Below are positions 46,954-57,224 of a DNA stretch of 64,000 bases, in pieces. The notes beneath the pieces are model-generated. The model was given only the letters and a program-made list of their open reading frames with translations, did no database searches and was not told the origin of the DNA. Source of the stretch: a virus. How positions within the stretch are numbered: the first letter of the stretch is position 1; each line of letters begins with the position of its first letter. The translations under genes were made by a program, and so were the position numbers. The stretch covers positions 32,001 to 96,000 of IMG/VR virus record IMGVR_UViG_3300004463_001172, one strand, 5' to 3'.

Positions 46954-48724
46954 CTAATGCGCCCAAGCCTGCCGAAACAGGCTTGGGTTCTCGCATCCTG
47001 GAGTCACCCACGCGGCTGGAGCCGCAGAAAGGTCTCACATGCGCACCGGCAATCTTCGCAACTGGCGGCCCCTCACCATTTGTGTTCAGCTCACCACGGC
47101 CGCTCAAGGAAATCTCGCAACGAATGCCGCCGGGGAAACGTATCTCGCATCGTTTCTCGGCTGGCATCGCGGCACGAAAATCGTGGCCGATGGGCCAACG
47201 GAGGCTGCCGCGATCAGGCGTCTCGGCCAACTCACTGAGATCCCCTCAGCTTCCCTCGCCACGTGCCCCATACTCCACGACGAGCCCTAACCTCTTTCCC
47301 TCGTGCCCATCCATCAGCCCTGCGAGGCTGTGGGTGGGCCATCGACCCCCGTGGCGCGAAGTGGGATGCTCTAGCAATCCCCGCAGCGCCTAGAAAGGCC
47401 AAATCGATGACGCCTAACAAGGCTTGCTCAGTGGTTCCCCCGATCGGCACGGCTAAGAGCGCCATCACCGAGATCATTGCTCAGCTCCGGGCGCATCCCC
47501 CCGCGCCCTCTCCGGTAGACGATACCGTTACGCTCTACGTCGGCCCAGGGTCCAGCCAGCTCACACCAAAGCAGGCTGATCTCGTGGCCGCGTATCAATA
47601 TTGTCGCTATCACCTTAGTGATGGTGTGACCTGGGCCGTCGTACTCCCGTCCAGTCGCCTCCCAGAGATTCAGGCGGCCGGTTCCTCAAACCCTTCGCAT
47701 CCCTGACAGGAGTGCATCATGAATACTGCTCAACGCCCTGACCCTTTACGAATCCGCCGTGCTTTCTACCAGGGCTACCATGACGGCCGCTTCTGGAGAG
47801 CCCAAGGCTGCCGATTCGATGCGCACGACCTGCGCATCTGCCCCTATTCGACGTTTATGCCGGGTGTGCAGTGTCGCGTGGCCTGGAAACTCGGCTATGA
47901 GCAGGCGTATCAACTCGGCCGCAACTCATGGTCGCTCCGGCGGCTCTATGCTATCTAACCTCGTCGCATCCTTGAAAGGATCGAGTCATGAAACTCCAGC
48001 TCCCCTCACCACGTCGGAAGCGAAAGCCAGCAAAGACTGCACCACAACAGGCCCAGGCGCTGCTCCGCTTGGCCTTTGGCCCACGACCGCCGAGACGCGG
48101 TTTCCGGGCAAACCCTTCGCGTCCATAAGAGGAGAGTCATGACTACTTCGCCAGCAGAACCTTTGGATGATCTGTACTGTTTTTCCCTGTACTGTGAAGG
48201 GCACGGTGTCACGAAATCCAAGCCCTTCGCCACGATTCGGCCCTCAGCTGAGGAGGCCACGGCACAAGCCTTCCGCGTGTGGCTTGAGGAATTCCCCCAA
48301 GCCGCGGGCTGGTGTAACCATCAAGTTGCGCTATTACTCATTCCCCGTGACCGAATTCTCCAACTCGTACAGTCATGGTCTGTGACCCCCTCGCACCTGT
48401 GAAAGAGTCGTATGGCCGGGCAGAAATATCTTCCTAGTGTCTGCTATAACTCGCGTCCTTGCTGTCGGGTGTGGTAGCTCTCTAATACAGTACGAAGGGG
48501 TTCCTGACTTGCGAGCGGCGTGTGTTCGAGGTGAGCAATGCAGGGGGCCAACTGGGCGAGATCAAGTGAGGTCACGAGGTGCAGGACTTGCGCCAGCACG
48601 CCAGGAGGCCACGGCGCCCCCTGGCGAATCCTCCGATTCCATGGGTTGTCGGTCGATGTAAGTCATGAGGAATAAAGCGTTTAATATTCTTCGCAGTGAG
48701 AAATGACGGTAGGTTGTCGGTCGA

Positions 48725-49087
48725 CTACTGATCTAACGGATAATGCTCATGAGCCCACTCCACCAATCCCGCAATGGCGCTCGCGTCCAATTGCAGGGCG
48801 ATCACCACCAGCCGCCGCAATACTGGGTTGCGCAGTTCCGGCTCAATGCGTCCCGCGGCTGCCAGCAACTCCGTGCGCTCTTCCGGCGTACACCCAATGC
48901 CCGTGGCAAAGGCTTCGATCTGGGCGCGACTGGGCAGGCTCTCCGTGGCGCCCGTTTCGATCTTGGAGATATACGCGGTGTCGCGGTGGATGGCGCGGCA
49001 GAAGGCTCGCTGGCTCAGGCCATGGGTCTGCCGGATACGTCGTAGGGTGGTGCCAAAGGGCTCGACGACAGGCTCGTGTGTCGTCAT
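48725..49087 (-). CDS. XRE-family HTH regulator
   Basis: FGTTLRRIRQTHGLSQR...YISKIETG. Confidence 0.88.
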   Translation of the reverse strand: MTTHEPVVEPFGTTLRRIRQTHGLSQRAFCRAIHRDTAYISKIETGATESLPSRAQIEAFATGIGCTPEERTELLAAAGRIEPELRNPVLRRLVVIALQLDASAIAGLVEWAHEHYPLDQ

Positions 49088-49533
49088 GTGCTCGCGTCCT
49101 CCACTGATCCAACGCCTCGGAGCATGCCCCAGCCCTCGCGTCCAAAGACCTCAATACCCTCAGAGTCCATCGACGGCCCCTCGGGGTATTGCTGCTCATA
49201 GGCTGCGACCTGCCGCATGAGTCGTTGCAGCTTCGCTTGGCAGGTGATCATGTCCGCATGCAGATACCATCTCTCTACCCACCGTTGGTGCGTTTCTTCC
49301 CAGTCCTCATCTGTCATAGTTCTCTCGCGTCCTCAACCATCAAGGCTCGTTCCAGTGCCTGTTGCTTCTGCCGCAACCCGCCGTCAGGATCTCCGTCAAT
49401 CTGGTCCCAATACGGGCGCTTCGCGTTCTCATCCTCAAGATCGGCAAAATATTGCTTGATCTCTGCCAGTAACACGACCCTCCTAGCCCTCAGTGCCTGC
49501 CGTGCTTCATCCATCGTGAGCCCCTCGTCCTAC

Positions 49534-49959
49534 TTACTGATAATGTGCCCGCTGGCAAAACGTCGCCAACAGTAAGGCATCTGCAATGGTATGGGTAATT
49601 TTGAGATAGGGATACAGTTCCTGCGCCCGTCGTTTGGTGATATTCTTGTCACCCTTGGTGAGACAGCCCAAGCCGCGTTGCCAGACGCCCGGTGGCACCA
49701 TCTCAAAAGGAATATCGCAGGCATGGAGTGCCATCCGCAGGCCATGATAACTACCAGAAAACCCCCACACGCTGACCACCCCTTGCTTCGGCATCGGCCC
49801 CACTTTTTCCAAGATCGCCCGACACGGCTGCACACTCAGTTCGCGGAGCAAGTCCAAAATATCGCGTTCCGTCCCAGGCATCGCCCAGGCCTGCGCTTTC
49901 CCATCCTGAATGCGGGCGATGCCCCCAGATTGACCAGGATCGATGCCAAGAAAGACCAC
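49534..49959 (-). CDS. RuvC-like Holliday junction resolvase
   Basis: LGIDPGQSGGIA, ILEKV, P..WQ, ADALLLA. Confidence 0.82.
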   Translation of the reverse strand: MVFLGIDPGQSGGIARIQDGKAQAWAMPGTERDILDLLRELSVQPCRAILEKVGPMPKQGVVSVWGFSGSYHGLRMALHACDIPFEMVPPGVWQRGLGCLTKGDKNITKRRAQELYPYLKITHTIADALLLATFCQRAHYQ

Positions 49960-49988
49960 AGCTCACCCCTCCTCGCGCCCACCGCTTC

Positions 49989-50744
49989 TTAGGCTGTCGG
50001 AAATGCTTTCAACGCCCATAGGTCGTCAGGTAGGCGCCCCTGCTGACCGGGATAGCGCCCCCTGTCTTGCTTCACAAAGAGTTGGCACCCAGCCCCCTGT
50101 GCTTGTGTCACAATGCTTTGTACCCAGGCGATTTCCATTGGTCGCGCCTTGGCTCCTGTTTCTCCGCCGATAATGACGAGGTCGATGCCTCGTACATCCA
50201 TCTCCCCTAAATCTTCGAGTAATGGCTCACAAGAGAGAAATCGTTTAGCGACCCTGGACTGCTTCAGCAGGTCAATGCGTCCCATCGTGGCTCGGTTCTC
50301 CACCGTGACCCCGACGAAAAGGTTATTCGGTGCTGGAACTCGAAATGGATGGAAATAGTCTGGAAGGCGCTCGGCTCGCTTCGTCAGCGTCATCACTCGA
50401 TGCCGTGGGTTGAGTGTCGCCGCTAGGAGTATCATATCAATCCATTGATCTGGCACTCGCTCATGCCAGATATCTGTCATACTACCGAGAAAAATTGTGG
50501 CGGGTCCCCGATGCGTGCGGAGTTTCTGCAACTCTGGCTCATAGAGTTCCCAGGTCACGACATCTTCGCTGGCGCGGTTGTAGGGGAGCCTTGTCCCCAG
50601 CCGGAGATTCAATTCCTCGGCATAACATGCAGTGCACCCATCACTAATTCGCGTGCAAACCCACCCACGTTTCCCTGTCTCGTGGTGTCTTCCGATAATT
50701 GGATTCGCTGTATGTGAACACCAGCCGATGTTCGTCTTCTGCAT
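49989..50744 (-). CDS. Phage Gp37/Gp68 (DUF5131) family protein
   Basis: TNIGW..T.NP, CTRISDGCTACYAE, SMTDIWHE, LTKR, FLSCEPLL, IIGGETG..ARP. Confidence 0.92.
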   Translation of the reverse strand: MQKTNIGWCSHTANPIIGRHHETGKRGWVCTRISDGCTACYAEELNLRLGTRLPYNRASEDVVTWELYEPELQKLRTHRGPATIFLGSMTDIWHERVPDQWIDMILLAATLNPRHRVMTLTKRAERLPDYFHPFRVPAPNNLFVGVTVENRATMGRIDLLKQSRVAKRFLSCEPLLEDLGEMDVRGIDLVIIGGETGAKARPMEIAWVQSIVTQAQGAGCQLFVKQDRGRYPGQQGRLPDDLWALKAFPTA

Positions 50745-50756
50745 GAGGCTCCTCAC

Positions 50757-51095
50757 CTAGAATGGCACGCCAGCATCCAAAAAGGTCTCCACCGGGACGC
50801 CAAACTTTTCGAAAAAGGTTTTCGCTAAGTTCCACCGGTGCTCCATGCCTGCGATCGACCGTTCTAGGTCACGCTTTTTCGATTCAAGGGTATAGATCTC
50901 TTTGCGCAGCCCTTCATGGTACGGCACCACGCGCAATTGGCTCTCCACAAATACTTGTAAAGCTGCTAACGCCGCTTCTGGGGTCTCTCCCACGTCCACC
51001 TGGGCCACCCCACCGATCTGTTCATTCTCGTAATTCCCGAATGATTGGAGCCGTGTGTACGTCACCGACGTGATATGCATAGTTACCCCCTCCAT
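50757..51095 (-). CDS. Hypothetical protein
   Basis: VTYTRLQSFGNYENEQIG; ends DAGVPF. Confidence 0.65.
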   Translation of the reverse strand: MEGVTMHITSVTYTRLQSFGNYENEQIGGVAQVDVGETPEAALAALQVFVESQLRVVPYHEGLRKEIYTLESKKRDLERSIAGMEHRWNLAKTFFEKFGVPVETFLDAGVPF

Positions 51096-51597
51096 CGTGT
51101 CCAGTCCCCCGCCCTAGCTCGCCAATCACCAGGGCGGGGGCACGCTCTCTACGATAGCCACTGACTACTCGCTTACACCCTGCGCAGCATTCCGCTGCTC
51201 ATCTGGGTCCAATGCCACCTCCCTTCTCTGAGTCTGCTTATTCATTAAAATCTTCATCGGCGTGGAGTTATGGTGTCATGCGCTCCGCTTCCGCTGATAA
51301 CTGCTCGATCAACGCCTTGATCTGTTGTTCTACCGCCACGGCCCGGCGTTCATCAAATTCCCCCAACATCTCCCCACTGGCGAGCCCTTGCTGAATGGCC
51401 TGGATGGCCAACCAATAGGCACATTGTTTGGCATGCTCTTGTTGCACGGCCTCACACCTCCCCTCCCTGCGTCGGTCGATTCGGTACTGGTTTGGGTTCC
51501 CACCAGCCCTGTTTCGGAAAGGGCCAGCGCTCCCGCATGCGCACGCGCCTGGCCTCCCGAGCGGCTTTCACGGTATTCTGTGGCTTCGCGGTCGAGG

Positions 51598-52737
51598 TCA
51601 TCCAGCCACCTCTACCGCCTTCTCCGTTTTCGGTAGGCGTCCTTCGAGCCGCATCTTCACCATGTCATAGGTCTGGAGCGACACTCCGGCTGGATAATGA
51701 TCGAGCAGATCTTGGACATCCACCTCAGCATCCGTGCCTACGCGCTTCGCTAATCGCCTCAAGGCGGCAATTTGTTCAGGTGTGGCATAACCCGTTCGTG
51801 TCGTGGCGGCGGCTGTCCCTGTGCTCACCGCTGGTTCTTGCTCCTGCTGACGAGGTTCCCCCGTCGTGGCCGGGTCAATCAACTCGTCAATCTCCGGCAT
51901 CAGCTCTTCTCCGGTCTCCAGCGCTCCTGGTGTTTCGACCCACTGCATGTACGTCTTGTAACCTTCCTGAAGGTCAGCGAGTGATTTCCCTTTCAGCTCC
52001 GCATTGCGCGTAATCTGAAAGGCGCTTTTATAGGCCTCCATCTGCCGTGTTTTGGCATCACCCTTCGGCAGGGCCAACACTTCCGCCCATTTCGCCTGAA
52101 TCGTGTTTATCAAGCTATTCCATCTGGCGGTCTCCGGCGGGGTCATTTCCGGACGCTTCGGTTCCTCTTTGAGCTCCTCCTCGTGATTTGCTTCCTTCAA
52201 GACACTCCCCAGTAATGGCGTGCCGAGGCGTGGATCCCGGTCCTCTTCCCCAACAATCCCCTTCGCCACTGTCGGAATCGCCTCGACTTCGGTTTCGTCC
52301 AACATTCCTAATCCACAAATTGATAAGGTCGTGCGGTTTTTCCCTTTCGTAATAGCTTTCAGCACCGCATTCCCTAGCGCCTCACCCTTGAGGTTGCCCA
52401 CAATGGCAAATCCGTAATCTTCATCCTCACGTCCCAGCCGATCCTTCCCCCGGACATGTACCATCACGAGTTCTCGTTCAAACTTGGGTTCGTCGACCCA
52501 GAGCGACACGCCGTTCAGCTTCCGTAACTGCTCAGAGCACCCTTTCAGGGCATAGAGTTGTAGTTTGCCATTTAAGGCCAGCCATCGAAACGGCTGTGTC
52601 AGTGGATTCAATCCAAGGCTCCGACATTTCTCTTGGTAAAACCACTCTTTATCGTCTTCATTTACCGCTGTGAAATCTCCAAATGCCAGGGCATGAGCGA
52701 CAGCTTTAGGCATTTGCACAGTCATTCGCTCGTCCAT
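51598..52737 (-). CDS. Putative single-strand annealing / recombination protein (RecT/Bet-like)
   Basis: C.SLGLNPLTQPF..L.LNGKL.LYA...EQLRK, NAVLKA.TK...R..LSICGLG.LDETEVE. Confidence 0.6.
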   Translation of the reverse strand: MDERMTVQMPKAVAHALAFGDFTAVNEDDKEWFYQEKCRSLGLNPLTQPFRWLALNGKLQLYALKGCSEQLRKLNGVSLWVDEPKFERELVMVHVRGKDRLGREDEDYGFAIVGNLKGEALGNAVLKAITKGKNRTTLSICGLGMLDETEVEAIPTVAKGIVGEEDRDPRLGTPLLGSVLKEANHEEELKEEPKRPEMTPPETARWNSLINTIQAKWAEVLALPKGDAKTRQMEAYKSAFQITRNAELKGKSLADLQEGYKTYMQWVETPGALETGEELMPEIDELIDPATTGEPRQQEQEPAVSTGTAAATTRTGYATPEQIAALRRLAKRVGTDAEVDVQDLLDHYPAGVSLQTYDMVKMRLEGRLPKTEKAVEVAG

Positions 52738-52740
52738 CCC

Positions 52741-55133
52741 CTACACCTCCCCGATCGAGGCATCATAGGCGCGCAACACCTGCGCTAACTGCTCCCAATT
52801 CGTCAGGTACTCTTCCGGTATCACCTGTGCCGGGAAGAGCCCCACACTGACGGCTACCCGCATGGCCGCCTGCATCCGAGCCGTATCCACCCGCTCCCCA
52901 GGCAAATCTCCTGCACCCTGGAGCCGCGCCCGCCGCTCCGCATCGAGCACGCCCCAGACCTTATCGCGCTCCTCGGGCGTCAACCCCCCAACCACCGGCC
53001 ACTGAGCACCGTTATACGTGAGCCGCAGCCGCATCTCGCCAGGCTCCGGGCCATAGGGCGCTTCAATCGGTTCCAAGATCACCTCGAAGTGCTCCCGGCG
53101 GTGTTGTGATCGCTCTACACGTGACTGCTCATCCATGACTTATGTCCCTTCCGTACGAGCAAGCCCGCCAGCGCATATGTGCCAACACACAAAACTCGTC
53201 ACAGTACACCCAGCCCGTCGTGAGCTGATCAACCATGACGCGCTCGCCATCCCGGTGCACGGTTCCACATCAGGTACAGCGCAGGGCCGGATCTGTGACG
53301 AGCGCCACGAATGGCTGTGTCCTCTCACCCATGGCTTACCCCCACCACACAGCCACCCGAGCCCAGACTGGATCGGGTGGATAGGCCGCGATACACGCCC
53401 CACACAAATGTCCACAGGGATAGACATACTCCTCGGGATCAGGACTCATCTGGGCGGGTATTGGCCCCAGATAAGCCAGCGCCCCCGGATGCAACCACCC
53501 TGTACCAATCATCGGCGCTGTATAGTAGGGCCGTTCGACAATCAGATAGACGCCCTGGCGACTCTTGACCGCCTTAGCATCGATGACCACCAGGAGCCGA
53601 TGCTGGTCGGCCGTGCGGGCATAGTCCCTACACTGAATACAGAGAAAATCGAGCGCGTCATGCTCACACTCACTGCACCACCAGCAGAGATCGCCATCCT
53701 CATCTTCCACCGGATATGCCCGCTCGTCACTGGTGAGGGCTGTCCCACAGCCTTCACACTCCGTCCACGCCACCCGCGCATGTTGGCGGCAGAGCCGGAT
53801 GTCCTCTCGCGGCAAAACGCCCCGGCGTCGACATTGACGCATCCCCTCCTGCGCTTCCACCGCCCACTGGCAGGACGCCAGATCAATCGGTGCCTGCACC
53901 GCGCGCGTCGGTGTATAGAGTTTCAGGGTCTCACCCATGGCCTACCCCCACCAGTTGACAGGCCTGCAAGGCCTCATTGTCAGCCACGAGCTGGAGGTTC
54001 ATGCTCGTGAGCGTCTGGATACGGCGTTGGTAATAAGCAATGAGGCAGTCCCGGCAATAACCCAAGCCGCCCGCCAGGCGACTGGTATAAAAGGGGCAGC
54101 CTCGCGTGTGACACCGTTGCCATTCCATTAGGCGTCCTCCCGTCCTTGGCGAATTTCGCGACGTACATAGCGCATGAAGTGCCGGCAGCAGCTCAACGCT
54201 AAGTCGTGGTCATAGACCACGTAGTAGGCTTCACCGAAGTCCAACCGCCGGCATCCACAATCCACGGGTAGCCGTACAAAGGGCAACCCCGGATAGAATC
54301 GCGCCTGCACCATCGGTCCCTCGGCGTCGAGATAGTCATGGTCGAGAACATCAAGCCCTCGCGTCATGGGACACCTCCTTGGGCAGCCCTGCCATCAGCA
54401 GCTCTCCCAACGGTGACAGCCGGTAAAAATACTCACCGCCGCCATCTTTTAAGCCCACCCATCGCCGTTCGAGGAAGATATGCTCTTCCTCGTCAGTCAC
54501 GGGGTTCTGGAGTGTTTCACGCCATAATTCCAGCAGGGCGCTTGATGTACTCGCAAGCCCCCGTTGCTCAACGACTTCAACCTCTCCAGAGGTGACTTCG
54601 CCATCCCCCAATGCCACCGTCCGCAAGACGCTCCCCAGGCGCCTATCCTGCCGGAACGCCTCACGTAAGATCGACAAGGCGCTCACCCGATTCTCCACCG
54701 CATTTTGGATCGAAAAGAAATCCCCAGGCTCCACGACCTGGCAGAGCTTGCGATAGTAGGTCAGCGCCGTATAGGTTGCATCCTGTTCATGCATCGCCTA
54801 GTCCCCCATCGTAGGATATTGATCCACCGCCGCCATGATGTGCTCGGTAATCCCACGACACACCCGGATCGCATCAGACGGGGGCACCCGCGGCGTGAGC
54901 CCTCGTGCAGACGGCTGCCCTAACTCGTTGTCAATCAAGATATAGAGCGGAGAGTCATCGGCTCTCAGGCTTTGCAGAATCATTTCTAAAATGTCCTGGC
55001 GCGTTGCGGTGGTCTGCCCCACGGCTTCCTCAACCACGTCATCCTCATCTTGCTCGAAATCGATAAGAGCCTGTGCTGATAATCCAATATGACTGTAATT
55101 TCCTATTGGCATGACCCATGTCCTTTGGTACAC
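52741..55133 (-). other. Run of small hypothetical middle genes
   Basis: Coupled ORFs 52741-53136, 53336-53938 (Cys-rich), 53931-54128, 54128-54367, 54351-54794, 54798-55133. Confidence 0.55.
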
Positions 55134-55236
55134 TTTGGATTACGTGTAACTGCGCATGGCTCAATGGCACTACACGGTGGTTGCCCGTCGCAACCCAGAG
55201 GCTCCAGGCTCGCATCCTGGGGCCTCACCTTACCCC

Positions 55237-55755
55237 CTATGACATCCTCCGTAACTGCTGCGCCAAGTAATGAAACTGCCCTGGCGCTCCATCAATGATC
55301 TCCCCATAGACATCAATTACTTCTGTCGCGAGTTTCCCTGCTACCGCTCGGAGACTGGCCACCCCACTATGTGTGCAGAAGACCGCCACATCCGCGTGAA
55401 GCTGGCCCACAAACTCTTCAGCCGCTCCGAACAAGTACGAGACATGCTTTGACTTCACAGCCCAGAAGTGTGCCACAAAGAGTGACGCCCACACGGGATT
55501 GGCTTCAACGCAATACACCCGTGCCGCCACCTCTCCCAGGTGGAGCGACAATAAGCCGATCCCGCCCCCGACGTCGATGACCGTTTTACCCTCGATCCGA
55601 GGCCAGAGATATTTCGTGATTAGCGCGGCGGTCTCGTCATCCATCACCGTCAACCGAGAGGCCGATTCGATCCCATGCTGTGCTGCGTACTGCTGAAACA
55701 GTTCCAACCCTTCTAGTGCGCCCATCTGGTCAGAGAAGCCCTTCAAGTCCATCAC
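55237..55755 (-). CDS. Class I SAM-dependent methyltransferase-like protein
   Basis: GKTVIDVGGGIGLLS, RVYCVEANP. Confidence 0.75.
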   Translation of the reverse strand: MMDLKGFSDQMGALEGLELFQQYAAQHGIESASRLTVMDDETAALITKYLWPRIEGKTVIDVGGGIGLLSLHLGEVAARVYCVEANPVWASLFVAHFWAVKSKHVSYLFGAAEEFVGQLHADVAVFCTHSGVASLRAVAGKLATEVIDVYGEIIDGAPGQFHYLAQQLRRMS

Positions 55756-55770
55756 AACACCTCCAGCTCA

Positions 55771-55996
55771 CTAAAAAGGCACATCATCATCCGATGGTGC
55801 CGATTGGCGCCCCGACGCCCCTGATATGCCAATCCGGTAGAGGCTTACACCACTGTCGAAGGTCACCTCTAACTCCCCCACCATCTCGACTTTCTGAGCT
55901 CCACCCTTTTTGGTTACCGTGACTTGTGACCCTGGGGTGAGTCCACCTTCCACCCGCAAGCCCCAGTCCCCTGATTTCACCGGCCTTCTTCTCCAT
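55771..55996 (-). pseudogene. Small protein with SSB-like acidic tail, apparently frameshifted near its start
   Basis: GGAGG RBS and ATG at 55996 are out of frame with KSGDWGLRV...VTVTKKGG...DDDVPF. Confidence 0.45.
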
Positions 55997-56038
55997 CGCT
56001 CACCTCCCCAATCTATCTACCTAAAATGTAATTCATTA

Positions 56039-56096
56039 TGTTGACATAAATAATATACGTCATGCCCTTGAAAATGTCAACACTTTGGTATACATT
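56039..56096. promoter_or_regulatory. Overlapping divergent promoters with inverted repeat
   Basis: Minus TTGACA-17-TATATT (56080-56052); plus TTGAAA-17-TACATT (56068-56096); TGTTGACA / TGTCAACA inverted repeat. Confidence 0.7.
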
Positions 56097-56129
56097 TATT
56101 TTATGGTGACAACAACGTATACTGGAGGG

Positions 56130-56369
56130 ATGACATTGCACGAACTCTTGCGCACGCATGGGATTCACCGCCCAGCCGATCTAACCACTCGCGTCACAGG
56201 CTTGTCCCGCCAACGAGCTTCCCTACTCTGGACCGGCCGACGGCCGCTGAGCCGCCGCCTGGGGCAGCTCCTCTCGGAGACACTGGGGATTCCCTTTGGA
56301 GACCTCATGGCCGCTGAGTCGAAGCCCCCTCCCACTCCAACGCCCCGCGGACGCCCAAAGAAAACGTAA
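56130..56369 (+). CDS. HTH regulator (Cro/cI-like)
   Basis: GGAGG RBS; MTLHELL...GLSRQRASLLWTGRRPL...LGIP. Confidence 0.75.
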   Translation: MTLHELLRTHGIHRPADLTTRVTGLSRQRASLLWTGRRPLSRRLGQLLSETLGIPFGDLMAAESKPPPTPTPRGRPKKT

Positions 56370-56801
56370 ACCCGTCATCGCCTCTTCGGCCGCCTGCTTC
56401 AGCGTCGGCCACCCATTCTCATCGCAGAGCTGGCACTTGACGCACTAGCTCTCCCAGCGAAATTCCCCACGCCCCTCCCAATCAATCCACACCTCCCCAC
56501 CACAGTTGATATGCTCTAACCCGACGACCTTGTAGCGTCCTGCTCGAATCTTCTCTAGCCTAACCGTTCCCATAACCATCACCCCACCTCATCATCCCAC
56601 CGCGCCCTCGAAGCTGGATAGTCTGGTAACTCCAACGGGTCCATATCTTCTTCGGCCCGCACCCTCGCCAGCACATCATCCAGGTCCCCTGAATGCTCCC
56701 GCTCAGCATGCGCTTTTGTAGACCCTGGCCGTCTCGTCCCATCACTCCGAGTGACCCACCGAGGCCCCCGGTAGTCACACCATCGACATTTGAGCCGTCT
56801 C

Positions 56802-57224
56802 TCACTCGCCATGACTTGTCACCCTCCGGTACGCCTCCATCAAGCACAGGAGAAACGCTGATTCCGTCCCCACCCCTTCCCAGCGCCCGCCATTCACCTT
56901 ATGCCGACAGGTCTCTAGCCACGCAACACCACCCTGCCGACGGATCGCCCGCACCAGGCGCGGATACTGAATCAGCTTCGCCACCAGGACCTCGATCATG
57001 ATTTCTTGCAGCGCTTCAAAGCTCAAGCGCGGCTGCCCCCGCTTCTGCGCCTGATACGCCGCTTCAGCATCTGGGTAAGTCACCCCCCGATACCGCACCG
57101 GATAGCCCTGCTGAAGTCGACCTTTGCGCTGCGCCAGGGCGGTTGGATTCGTCAGCGCCGCCGCTAACCCGTTCCCCTCCTCCGACCCGGAGTAAATATT
57201 CATCCCCACACTCGTGCCTCTCAT
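56802..57224 (-). CDS. NADAR/YbiA-like protein
   Basis: L.N, PV.Y.G..YP..EAAYQAQK, IM.EVL.AK..Q.P.L, W.G.G. Confidence 0.65.
   Translation of the reverse strand: MRGTSVGMNIYSGSEEGNGLAAALTNPTALAQRKGRLQQGYPVRYRGVTYPDAEAAYQAQKRGQPRLSFEALQEIMIEVLVAKLIQYPRLVRAIRRQGGVAWLETCRHKVNGGRWEGVGTESAFLLCLMEAYRRVTSHGE

Larger units (their letters stand above)
44628..48402 (+). other. Further orphan early genes
   Basis: ORFs 44628-44843, 44840-45088, 45191-45463, 45491-45841, 45961-46953, 47407-47706, 47719-47958, 48139-48402, most with AGGAG-type RBS. Confidence 0.6.

Noticed and set aside
48530-48610. Possible fourth pentamer array
   Set aside because: Only a few consecutive units (ggcga gatca agtga ggtca) fit; not distinguishable from chance by eye.
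48403-48724. tRNA or other known ncRNA in the convergent gap
   Set aside because: No cloverleaf or T-loop consensus could be assembled.
53135-54010. 291-aa plus-strand ORF
   Set aside because: Opposite to coupled minus-strand genes and has no recognisable motifs.
56445-56447. Stop codon reassignment (TAG read-through)
   Set aside because: Many intact genes end in TAG; a single lesion is the simpler explanation.
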